Under the pieces are notes generated by a model. It made no database searches. It was not told the DNA's origin and saw only the letters and a list, made by a program, of their open reading frames with translations. Shown one piece after another: positions 1 to 8,674 of a stretch of 64,000 nucleotides of DNA; position 1 is the stretch's first letter, and each line of letters starts with the position of its first letter. Position numbers and translations under genes: made by a program. This DNA comes from Acidimicrobiia bacterium. Lineage in GTDB: Bacteria > Actinomycetota > Acidimicrobiia > Acidimicrobiales > JANYDT01. Location: assembly GCA_031429095.1 (NCBI GenBank), contig JANOYY010000049.1, forward strand, positions 9,712 through 73,711, in the 5' to 3' direction.

Positions 1-2
1 AA

Positions 3-344
3 GTCCTGCGCCGAATAAGTTCGGCGCTTGCTTCGAACTGCTCCGCCGTCTACTCGCTTCCCGGCATGTACACCTTCAACGCAATGGCCAACCTTCCGAT
101 TGCCACCGGGTACAACGCCACAATTTGGACGTCGTTGTTCACCGACGCAGACCAGAAGCGGGCAATCCAACAGCTCAGCGAACACGAACGGCTTTGTATC
201 GTGCGTAATGATTTCGTTCTGAAGTTCTGGACAAAACAGGCACTTCCGAACGGCCCCCTACTCGACTACGTCAACACCTTCGATCAAGAGTTGACATCAA
301 TCGGTGGCTACTCGATCTCCGTGCGCCCCACGTCGGGCGACTAG
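3..344 (+). CDS. C-terminal part of a hypothetical protein (gene starts left of the window)
   Basis: Frame open from base 3 (VLRRISSALASNCSAVYSLPGMYTFN...) to TAG at 342-344; no recognisable family motif. Confidence 0.6.
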   Translation, partial: VLRRISSALASNCSAVYSLPGMYTFNAMANLPIATGYNATIWTSLFTDADQKRAIQQLSEHERLCIVRNDFVLKFWTKQALPNGPLLDYVNTFDQELTSIGGYSISVRPTSGD

Positions 345-363
345 GAGAGCGGACTTCGTTTCA

Positions 364-777
364 ATGTTTCCGCAGGGAACGCTTCTGCAATGCTTTGATC
401 ATGTCTGCAGCATCGACGATCGAACGGCGTGGGTCGCGGAGGTCGATGGTCGGGTGGTTGGATATGCCATTTCATCGATTGTGGACGTAGAGGGCCATCT
501 CGATCAGGTGAGCCTCGAACGTGGTGCGGCGGGGCAAGGAATCGGAGCTCGACTTATATCGGAGGTAATCCGATGGTCAAAAGAATCTGGATGCACGTCG
601 CTGACCCTCACAACGTTTCGCGATGTGGCCTGGAACGCGCCGTACTACGCCAGGCTCGGCTTCTCGGTTCTCGCCGACAACGAATGCGGTCCACAACTGC
701 TCGAACTGCGAGCCATGGAACGTCAGGGGGGAATCGAAGTGCGACCCCGCGTCGCGATGCGTCTACAGCTTTCGTAG
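364..777 (+). CDS. GNAT family N-acetyltransferase
   Basis: Acetyl-CoA motif GQGIG and LTLTTFRDVAWNAPYYARLGF; start uncertain (304 or 364). Confidence 0.8.
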   Translation: MFPQGTLLQCFDHVCSIDDRTAWVAEVDGRVVGYAISSIVDVEGHLDQVSLERGAAGQGIGARLISEVIRWSKESGCTSLTLTTFRDVAWNAPYYARLGFSVLADNECGPQLLELRAMERQGGIEVRPRVAMRLQLS

Positions 778-1524
778 TCCGGTGATGAGGAGCGACTGGC
801 TCAGCGCGCGTAATACCCGCATCCGCTCCAGTTTCGCGCCCACCCGAACGACTGGCGCTACCAGCGCCATCGGTGTCGCAGGAAGAAGAAAGTCTCGGTA
901 CGACACTTCGACATTGGTGAAACCTGCCGACGTGAACTTGGATTTGGCAAAGCTCTTGGTAAACGCGTTCTCGTCTGGCTCAAGATGAGTAAGTGAACGT
1001 AGTTTCTCGACGTTGAACGCGAGGAACACATACGGGTTGGCCTTGTTCGGCTCGATGAACGCAAACGAACCGCCGGGCACAAGAAGCTTCTGAAAGAGTT
1101 CGATCGTGCGCGCCAAGTCGTAGACCAGGTGATGCACGATGCCGTCACCGTAGATCGCGTCGTACGATCCCGCTGACGTTTCAGCTAGGTCCGAAACCGA
1201 TGACCACACGAAGTCAACCGATCGGTTTCCGAGGTTCGCGAGCTTCGCTTGCTTCGTGAAGAGCTGAGAAAGGTCCAGCCCGGTCACATGGCATTTCGTT
1301 GCGCCAGCGACGGTGGCTGCCTTGTTTCCCCTGCCGCTTCCGATTTCCAGAATTCGACCGCCCGGCTTCACGCAGAGGGATTCGGCGAGAAGTTCGGCAC
1401 GACGCTTGGTTCGAATCGCCGTCGAGGGCGAGTCCTGCCAGAGTTGGTTGTAGCCTCGTTCGTCGCGTCGGGACGCGCCCTGCCGGGTGCCCTGTTTCGG
1501 TGTGAGCGCGGATAGGAAGTTCAC
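763..1524 (-). CDS. Class I SAM-dependent methyltransferase
   Basis: ILEIGSGRG, GLDLS, YDAIYG..IVHHL, LLVPGG; directly downstream of the GT2 gene. Confidence 0.9.
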   Translation of the reverse strand: MNFLSALTPKQGTRQGASRRDERGYNQLWQDSPSTAIRTKRRAELLAESLCVKPGGRILEIGSGRGNKAATVAGATKCHVTGLDLSQLFTKQAKLANLGNRSVDFVWSSVSDLAETSAGSYDAIYGDGIVHHLVYDLARTIELFQKLLVPGGSFAFIEPNKANPYVFLAFNVEKLRSLTHLEPDENAFTKSFAKSKFTSAGFTNVEVSYRDFLLPATPMALVAPVVRVGAKLERMRVLRALSQSLLITGLRKL

Positions 1525-1525
1525 G

Positions 1526-2584
1526 TCAACCTCGGATCAGCTGTGGTTCGGAATCGAGGCGTTCGGTCTCGAGCGCGCGTTCTCGGGTTCCAGCAACGTA
1601 CGGGGTTCGTGACGGTGGATTCGTGATTTCTTGAACCACGTAGGCCGGGCGTCGTTTCACCTCGTCGTAGATGTGGGCCAGATACGACGCCACGATTCCA
1701 AGGCAGAGCAGTTGGATTCCACCAAGGAACAACACGACCAACAGCATCATGGTGAATCCTCGCGGAGCCGACGAGATGCCAAGCCCCCATGCGACAAACT
1801 GTGCAGCGGCCAGCAGGAAGGAGACCCCGACCACAATCATCGCTAGTACGGAGATGACGTCGAGCGGTTTGTGCGAGAACGAAATTACTGCTCGCCGAGC
1901 CCACCCGAGGTTACGCACAAAGGAATTCGTGGTCCGTCCGTACTTTCGTTCCGGCCGCACGTAGGGGACCGAGGTTTGCGAGTAGCCGACCCATGCTCGA
2001 AGTCCGCGCATGAATCGATGGACCTCAGGCATTGCATTCATCGTGTCGACGACACGGCGATCGATCAACGAAAAGTCCCCGGCGTCGAGGGGAATGGTGA
2101 TGTAGCTGGCCCGCCGGAAGATTCGGTAGAACGTTTTGTACATCACGTTCATGTACCACGGCGCTTCGCGGCGCACCCGCTGGCCGACCACCACGTCAAA
2201 GCCCTTGCGCCACTCCTTGACCATCTCCGGGATGATTTCCGGAGGATCTTGCAGGTCCCCGTCGAGCAGGACGACGGCGTCACCGGTAGCAATACGCATG
2301 CCGCTGGTAAAGGCGCTCTGCGAGCCGAAGTTGCGGGCATGGCGGATGGCGACCACGTCGCGGTGCCGTGCGCAGAGATCGGAAAGAACGTCGTCCGCGT
2401 TGTCAGGACTGGCGTCGTTGACGAAAATGACTTCGGGTTCGCAACCGGCTGCGTTGATCGACGCAACGAGCCGCTCGTGCATTTCATTCACGGCCGGGGC
2501 ATCGCGGTAGCACGCAATGATCGCCGAGATTCGGGGCCGTTCGGGGAGTGGGGCTCGGCGTGCGCCATTCGATGCGGAGGTCAC
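1526..2584 (-). CDS. Glycosyltransferase family 2, polyprenol-phosphate glycosyltransferase (GtrB/ArnC-like)
   Basis: FVNDAS.D, RNFGSQSA, DGDLQDPPE, AGDFSLIDR, two C-terminal TM helices. Confidence 0.92.
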   Translation of the reverse strand: MTSASNGARRAPLPERPRISAIIACYRDAPAVNEMHERLVASINAAGCEPEVIFVNDASPDNADDVLSDLCARHRDVVAIRHARNFGSQSAFTSGMRIATGDAVVLLDGDLQDPPEIIPEMVKEWRKGFDVVVGQRVRREAPWYMNVMYKTFYRIFRRASYITIPLDAGDFSLIDRRVVDTMNAMPEVHRFMRGLRAWVGYSQTSVPYVRPERKYGRTTNSFVRNLGWARRAVISFSHKPLDVISVLAMIVVGVSFLLAAAQFVAWGLGISSAPRGFTMMLLVVLFLGGIQLLCLGIVASYLAHIYDEVKRRPAYVVQEITNPPSRTPYVAGTRERALETERLDSEPQLIRG

Positions 2585-2844
2585 AGTCCTTTTGTCGACA
2601 CACGGCGGGTAGTTCTAAAGGCCTACGGCAGTTCGAACGCTGGCGAGCGAGCGCCGCACGGCGTGAGCCGACTACGAGCGCAGGCCAGCGAACTCGGCTC
2701 GTGAGTCAACGCCGTAGCGAGGAGCGGCGAGGGCGAGGGCAATCAGGAAGAGAAGTGCGAAAACCAGCGTCATGTGAATCAGTTCTTTCGATTAATGTTA
2801 CAAAGATCATCGCATTTTCCAATCGATAAGGGAAATACATAAAA

Positions 2845-3816
2845 ATGAGATCTTCTATCTCAAATATCGATCTTCCGTTGGGTGTCGAAATTCGACACCT
2901 CGCCGCCCTGGAAGCAATCGCCCGGACCAATTCCTTCTCCCAAGCCGCTGCGCAGCTGGGCTACGCCCAGAGTGCCGTGTCACAACAGATCGCCACCCTC
3001 GAAAAGGCCATAGGTCATCAACTGGTCGAACGCCCGGGGGGCCCACGCCCGGTCTCGCTCACCGAGGCGGGCCGGGTCCTCCTGCGCCACGCAAGACACA
3101 TCACCGCGCGGCTCGGGGCGGCCAAGGCAGATCTCGATGCACTCGCCGCCGGCGAGGCCGGCGTGTTGCGGGTGGGGACGTTCCAGTCGGCCAGCACCCG
3201 TCTCTTGCCCCCAACCCTGTCACGGTTCCGTCGCGACTGGCCTCATGTGTCGATCGACCTTCGCCAAGAAGCGCCGGGTGTTCTTCTCGACGATCTGGTT
3301 CGCAACGGTCAAATCGACATCGCGTTTGCCGATACTTCCGACGTTGGTGATCCCCTGCATTTCGTCCATCTGATCAACGATCCGTATGTCGTCATGATGG
3401 CACCGAACCACGCGCTTGCGTCGAGCGATTTCATCGACTTCGCCGAACTCGAAGACCTCCCGATGATCATGGCATCGACCGAAGATAAGTGCACAATCGA
3501 AATTGACAGTGCGTTGCGGAAGGCCGGTGCGTCACCAAACCTCGTGTTTCGCGGCGACGACAACCTCACTTCACAACGCCTGGTTGCCAATGGGTTGGGT
3601 GTCGCAGTCATCCCCATGTTGGCGGCAGAGTTCGGTGTCGCCGACGCCATCGTGAAACTCGTTCCCGTTCGCCCTGCGATGATGCGTCGGATCGGCATCA
3701 TCTGGCATCGCGACCGTCAGCTGTCCCAGGCGGCGCGCGCTTTCATCGATGTGGCGCAACAGGTGGCAGCGGCCGTTCATCTGCCCGATGCGCCTGCGCT
3801 CTCCGTCGCTGGATAG
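2845..3816 (+). CDS. LysR family transcriptional regulator
   Basis: HTH SFSQAAAQLGYAQSAVSQQIATLE, LTEAG, substrate-binding domain. Confidence 0.95.
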   Translation: MRSSISNIDLPLGVEIRHLAALEAIARTNSFSQAAAQLGYAQSAVSQQIATLEKAIGHQLVERPGGPRPVSLTEAGRVLLRHARHITARLGAAKADLDALAAGEAGVLRVGTFQSASTRLLPPTLSRFRRDWPHVSIDLRQEAPGVLLDDLVRNGQIDIAFADTSDVGDPLHFVHLINDPYVVMMAPNHALASSDFIDFAELEDLPMIMASTEDKCTIEIDSALRKAGASPNLVFRGDDNLTSQRLVANGLGVAVIPMLAAEFGVADAIVKLVPVRPAMMRRIGIIWHRDRQLSQAARAFIDVAQQVAAAVHLPDAPALSVAG

Positions 3817-3851
3817 CCTCAGCAGACGAATCGCTGGTCATCGCAGCGCGT

Positions 3852-4685
3852 TCAGGAGGGCACCATCGAACACAGCGCGACGACCCGCGGCAGTTGGCGA
3901 TTGCTTGCTCGGACGACGAGCCCGATGCGCATAAACGGAAGCCGTTTCGGTGGGGCAAGTTCTCGAAGCCGCTGCCGCAGAGCCGACGCTTCCACGACCA
4001 GTCTCGGCACAATCCCAATGCCTGAACCGAGCGCCGCAAGTGCGACAACTTCTTCGTGCGAGTCGGTCTCCTGAACCTCAAAACTAGGCAGAGATCTTCG
4101 ACACCAGCGCTCAGCGAGTTCTCGGGTGAGGCCCTGCTTCGGCAGGATGATCTGCTGATCTGCCCACATACGATTGTCAGGTGAGCAGACCGCAATGAGT
4201 GGCGTCGTGGCAACCTCGGCGGCCCAGAGTGTTTTTGGCAGACCTTTCGGCAGCGGGGCGATCGCCGCATCAACCGAGCCGTCGAGAACGGCATCGATGG
4301 CCGCGCTGGCCGGACCAGTCTGAAGTCGCAATCTCATCGACGGATAGAGCCGACGAAATGACGCCAACAACTCCGGGACAATCGTCTGCGATGCCGTAAC
4401 CGTGCAATAGATGGAAAGAGTCTCGTCAGCTGCCGCGCCGGTGCCGGCGAGCTCGCGCCATCGATCGACGATGTCACGAATCTCGTCGACCACGGGAATG
4501 GCTTCGTTCGCGAGATGCACGGAACGCCCTTCTCGGATGAACAGCGCACGGCCCAGCTCCGATTCGATTCGCTGAACAGAGCGCGACACCGTGCTTTGGC
4601 TGACGTGTCGAGTTCGCGCTACCGCCCCAAGATTCTGGACATCAGCGGCTGCAACGACCACGGCGAGGTCAGCGATCGAAACCAT
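3852..4685 (-). CDS. ilvY: LysR family regulator, IlvY-like
   Basis: LSIYCTVTAS, LQTG, HEEVVALAALGSGIGIVP resemble IlvY; divergent from ilvC. Confidence 0.7.
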   Translation of the reverse strand: MVSIADLAVVVAAADVQNLGAVARTRHVSQSTVSRSVQRIESELGRALFIREGRSVHLANEAIPVVDEIRDIVDRWRELAGTGAAADETLSIYCTVTASQTIVPELLASFRRLYPSMRLRLQTGPASAAIDAVLDGSVDAAIAPLPKGLPKTLWAAEVATTPLIAVCSPDNRMWADQQIILPKQGLTRELAERWCRRSLPSFEVQETDSHEEVVALAALGSGIGIVPRLVVEASALRQRLRELAPPKRLPFMRIGLVVRASNRQLPRVVALCSMVPS

Positions 4686-4687
4686 TG

Positions 4688-4733
4688 ATGCGATTCTTGC
4701 ATGAATGACGGACGAAAGTTGCGCTAGTCGAAT
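4688..4733. promoter_or_regulatory. Tandem LysR (IlvY-type) operators
   Basis: ATGC-N7-GCAT (4688-4702) and TTGC-N7-GAAT (4719-4733), both T-N11-A, 31 bp apart between ilvY and ilvC. Confidence 0.55.
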
Positions 4734-4808
4734 GAGCCGGGATCAGGCAAACTGGAATCTTCATTTCCCGACCCACTCGCGTGACACCTGCATTCGAAGG
4801 AGCCCATC

Positions 4809-5840
4809 ATGGCAACCGTCTATTACGAAAAAGATGCTGACCCATCCATCATCCTCGGCACCAAGGTCGCAATCCTTGGCTACGGCTCCCAGGGCCACGC
4901 ACATGCGCTCAACCAGAAAGAGTCCGGTGTCGATGTCGTTGTCGGGCTTCGCGATGGCTCCTCATCAAAGGCAAAGGCCGAGGCGGCAGGACTCAAGGTC
5001 ATGTCGATGGGCGACGCTTCTGCGTATGCCGACCTCGTCATGATCACCCTTCCCGACACGGACATTGCCGAAGTGTTCGATCGCGACGTCGCCCCCAACC
5101 TCACGCCCGGACAGGCTGTGGCCTTCGCCCACGGACTCAACGTGCGCTTCGAACTCGTGAAGCCAGCCGCCGACATCGACGTCATCATGATCGCCCCCAA
5201 GGGCCCGGGCCACCTCGTGCGCCGCACCTACACCGAGGGTGGCGGTGTCCCCGCGCTCATCGCGATCCACCAGAACGCGTCCGGCCGAGCGAAGGAACTA
5301 GCCCTGTCATATGCCTATGGCATCGGCGGAGCACGCGCCGGGGTCATCGAAACGACCTTTGCCGAAGAGACTGAAACGGACCTGTTCGGCGAGCAGGTCG
5401 TGTTGTGCGGCGGACTCACCCGCCTCGTGCAGGCCGGCTTCGAAACACTGGTCGAGGCTGGATATCAGCCTGAAATGGCCTATTTCGAGTGTCTCCACGA
5501 AGTGAAGCTGATTGTGGATCTGATGTACGAGCAGGGCATCAGCGGCATGCGCTACTCCATCTCCACCACTGCGGAATACGGTGATCTCACGCGCGGCCCC
5601 CGAATCATCACCGACGACACCAAGGCTGAGATGAAAAAGATCCTGGCCGAAATCACCAGTGGAGAGTTCGCCGCCGAATTCATCGGGGATTACAAGAAGG
5701 GGGCCCCGAACTTCAACGCACTTCGCGCCGCTGGAAAGGCGCACCCCATCGAGAAGACGGGCGCAGAACTTCGCGCAATGATGCCGTGGATCTCTGCGGG
5801 CAAGCAGAAGGTTGAAGATGCCGCCGGTGGTTCCAACTAG
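4809..5840 (+). CDS. ilvC: Ketol-acid reductoisomerase
   Basis: [34 protein letters not shown]; RBS AAGGAG. Confidence 0.98.
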   Translation: MATVYYEKDADPSIILGTKVAILGYGSQGHAHALNQKESGVDVVVGLRDGSSSKAKAEAAGLKVMSMGDASAYADLVMITLPDTDIAEVFDRDVAPNLTPGQAVAFAHGLNVRFELVKPAADIDVIMIAPKGPGHLVRRTYTEGGGVPALIAIHQNASGRAKELALSYAYGIGGARAGVIETTFAEETETDLFGEQVVLCGGLTRLVQAGFETLVEAGYQPEMAYFECLHEVKLIVDLMYEQGISGMRYSISTTAEYGDLTRGPRIITDDTKAEMKKILAEITSGEFAAEFIGDYKKGAPNFNALRAAGKAHPIEKTGAELRAMMPWISAGKQKVEDAAGGSN

Positions 5841-5863
5841 CTCGTGCGGGTAGCGTGAATGGC

Positions 5864-6823
5864 ATGAAGATTCGTCGCCGTTTCGTCGCGGCACTCCTGA
5901 CCGCCGGCGTCCTTTTGGACGTCGGCGGTTTCGCGTCGGCGAACAACGAGCGGCCCGTTGCGACGAAGGACCACTGGCACGCAGCATTCGGGGTCTGGAG
6001 TTGCAACCGCTGGCTGGCGCCGATCCCCGAGGGCGAAGATCCGGCTGGCATTCATACTCATGGCGATGGGCTCATCCACATTCACCCCTTTGACGAACGC
6101 GCCGCAGGGTCGAAAGCCATCCTTCGACGGTTCTTGGAAGCAACGTTTTTGTCAGTGGACGCAAAGCGAATAGAGATTCCCAAGCAGGCTCCGCTGCTTG
6201 CCGGGAGTGACTGCAAAGGAAAGAAGACCGAAATCACCGCCGTCGTTTGGCGATCGGTCAAGGATCGACAACCGGTGGTTGTTACCAAAGACATCGGATC
6301 AATTCGATTGGCCGACGGCCAAGCTATTGCGCTCGTCCACGCGCCGAAGGGAACCATCCCCTCCCTACCTCCATCGATTGACGAACTCGTGGAGCCAGCC
6401 GATCTCCCGCTTCCGGATCTCCCGTCGGAGGTGTTGGGGACGCTCCCTTCACTGCCCAAACGGCCAGCCCTCGACGTATCCGGCGACGCACCGCTGACCC
6501 TCACGAGCAAGGATCTGATCATTGGCAAGGGGGTAGAGCTTACAAAGGGTAAGCGCGCATATATGCGTTACGTCATGTATCACTGGCGAACCAGAGAAGC
6601 GCTGGCCGAGTCTTGGAATGCAGCCGAGCAGCCGTATGCCCTCGCTCGTTTCGGAAAGAAGCGAAACCTGCCCGGCATCGACAAGGGAATGACAGGAATG
6701 AGGGTCGGAGGGTTTCGCCGCCTGGTACTACCGCCATCGGAGGCCTTCGGAAAGGAAGGCAACGGGCCAATTCTTCCGTCCGACACGATCGTCTTCTACG
6801 TGCAACTCGTCCACGTAAAGTAG
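5864..6823 (+). CDS. Exported His-rich domain fused to FKBP-type peptidyl-prolyl isomerase
   Basis: Signal-peptide-like N-terminus, DHWH..GIHTHGDGLIHIHP, C-terminal GMRVGGFRRLVLPPSEAFG..IVFYVQL; start 5855 or 5864. Confidence 0.8.
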   Translation: MKIRRRFVAALLTAGVLLDVGGFASANNERPVATKDHWHAAFGVWSCNRWLAPIPEGEDPAGIHTHGDGLIHIHPFDERAAGSKAILRRFLEATFLSVDAKRIEIPKQAPLLAGSDCKGKKTEITAVVWRSVKDRQPVVVTKDIGSIRLADGQAIALVHAPKGTIPSLPPSIDELVEPADLPLPDLPSEVLGTLPSLPKRPALDVSGDAPLTLTSKDLIIGKGVELTKGKRAYMRYVMYHWRTREALAESWNAAEQPYALARFGKKRNLPGIDKGMTGMRVGGFRRLVLPPSEAFGKEGNGPILPSDTIVFYVQLVHVK

Positions 6824-6832
6824 TACGTACAC

Positions 6833-7465
6833 ATGGAGTTTGAACAAGTCGTTCGATCCCGTCGGATGGTCCGAGACTTTCGGCCACATCCAGTCGAACC
6901 GGCGCTTGTCGATCGCATTCTCGATCTCGGCCGCCGGGTGCCCTCTGCGGGGTTCAGCCAGGGGATCGATTTCATCGTTCTCGAAGGCAAAACACAAACT
7001 GCTCGGTTCTGGAATTGCACGCTTCCCGAAGAGAAGCGACCGAGTTTCCCCTGGCCCGGTTTGTTGAACGCTCCCGTATTGATCCTGCCGATGGCTGATC
7101 AGCGCGCATATCTTTCTCGCTACTCTGAGCCCGACAAGCGTCACGCTGGCCTCGGCGACGCCGCCGATTCCTGGCCAGTCCCGTACTGGCACGTCGACAC
7201 CGGCATGGCCGCAATGGTCGTCCTCCAGGCTGCTGTCGACAACGGTCTTGGCGCGCTGTTCTTTGGGATCTTCTCGAATGAGGACGCCCTCCTGCGTGAG
7301 CTCGGCGTACCGACCGATGTGCGGCCGATCGGGGCCATTGCACTCGGGCATGCCACGGACGCCGCTTTGACAACGAAGATTGAGGCCTCAGCAAAATCTC
7401 GGCCGAGGCGTCCTCTTCACGATGTGATCCATCGCAACGGCTGGAACTCCACGCCGCGGGGATGA
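6833..7465 (+). CDS. Nitroreductase family protein
   Basis: RRMVRDF, PSAGFSQG, GLGALFFG, GAIALG. Confidence 0.9.
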   Translation: MEFEQVVRSRRMVRDFRPHPVEPALVDRILDLGRRVPSAGFSQGIDFIVLEGKTQTARFWNCTLPEEKRPSFPWPGLLNAPVLILPMADQRAYLSRYSEPDKRHAGLGDAADSWPVPYWHVDTGMAAMVVLQAAVDNGLGALFFGIFSNEDALLRELGVPTDVRPIGAIALGHATDAALTTKIEASAKSRPRRPLHDVIHRNGWNSTPRG

Positions 7466-7466
7466 A

Positions 7467-8279
7467 TTAGCCCGGCGTTGCCTCGGTGCGTAGGGTCACC
7501 ATAACCCCGTAGTGGTCCGATGGCGTGACGCCGTTGACGTCATTCGTTCCAACCAACTCAATAGCCAGGGGTTTCCCAAGGCCTTTGGGTCGCGGCCACG
7601 ACAGGAGGATGTAGTCGAGCCGACGGTTTGGCCAGGTTGCGTCCGCGAGGTAGGGGTTTCGCGATGACCAGGTGTAGCCCGAACCATCGCCGGCCAACTC
7701 CCAGCAGTCCTGAAAGACGAGCCCCGGCGCCAGGGGCGCTGTCCGACCAGTAAGTGCACGTATCTCATCACTATCTGGGACAGCATTGAGATCACCACAC
7801 AGGACTATCGGGAACGAAATTTCCGGATCGGGTCGCGAGTCCGTGCAGTGCTGGGCAACAGCGCGTAATTGTCGCAACCGGAGCTCGGACTGATCGAAGA
7901 GGTAGTCAATATGCGTGCATGCAACGGGCATCACTCCAAATGGTGCTGCAAGCGACGCGAGGAGCAATGATCGGTGCCCGGGTGCACCGGACTTTCCGGG
8001 CAGCGCAAAGTTGTCAATTCCAAGAATCGGCCACCGGCTCAAGATGGCGTTGCCGAACGAATAGCCCTGCCAATATGGCGACGGTGTTCGCCCATAGGAC
8101 ATTCCGAGGGCTTCGGCGAGTTCTCCAACCTGATCGACTCCTCCTTCGGAAGCCCAGACTTCTTGAAGGCAGATGACGTCAGCGTTTGCGTTCAGCAGCG
8201 TTTGACGAATGGCCGTCGCACGTTGTTCCCACGGACCGAAACGCCACCAAAGGTTCCAGGTCAGAACACGGACGGGCAC
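7467..8279 (-). CDS. Endonuclease/exonuclease/phosphatase family protein
   Basis: TWN, CLQEV, GDLN, RLDYI, PSDHYGV; start reassigned to GTG 8279, 6 nt after a TACGAT -10. Confidence 0.9.
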   Translation of the reverse strand: MPVRVLTWNLWWRFGPWEQRATAIRQTLLNANADVICLQEVWASEGGVDQVGELAEALGMSYGRTPSPYWQGYSFGNAILSRWPILGIDNFALPGKSGAPGHRSLLLASLAAPFGVMPVACTHIDYLFDQSELRLRQLRAVAQHCTDSRPDPEISFPIVLCGDLNAVPDSDEIRALTGRTAPLAPGLVFQDCWELAGDGSGYTWSSRNPYLADATWPNRRLDYILLSWPRPKGLGKPLAIELVGTNDVNGVTPSDHYGVMVTLRTEATPG

Positions 8280-8665
8280 AACTCCATCGTAGGCCGCGCC
8301 GACGATTCGCAATTGTCGGTCCCCGACCAACGAGCCAGAGCCATTTGCACACGCCCCGACGCCCGCATGGGCGTGTCTTCCTCGGCGAGTTTCGCCCGCT
8401 GTTCGTCCCCGACCTCGGGCGCGCACGAGCCATCGGCTCGCAACACCCTCCACCACGGAACTTCGTGGCCATAGAGCGACATCATCCGGGCGACCAGACG
8501 GGGACCGCCGTGTCCGATGTACTCCGCAATGTCGCCATAGGCCATGACCTGTCCTGGAGGAATCGCATCAACGGTATCGAGCACCAACCGAGCAAAAAGA
8601 GGCAACCCCTGCCGCGTGCTCTGCGCGGCATCAATCACTGCATCCGGTCGCGGTCGTTTGGCCAC
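8261..8665 (-). CDS. Alkyltransferase-like (ATL, MGMT family) DNA-binding protein
   Basis: IPPGQVMAYGDIA and PWWRV (Trp replaces the catalytic Cys of PCHRV). Confidence 0.88.
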   Translation of the reverse strand: MAKRPRPDAVIDAAQSTRQGLPLFARLVLDTVDAIPPGQVMAYGDIAEYIGHGGPRLVARMMSLYGHEVPWWRVLRADGSCAPEVGDEQRAKLAEEDTPMRASGRVQMALARWSGTDNCESSARPTMELCPSVF

Positions 8666-8674
8666 GGCCTGACT

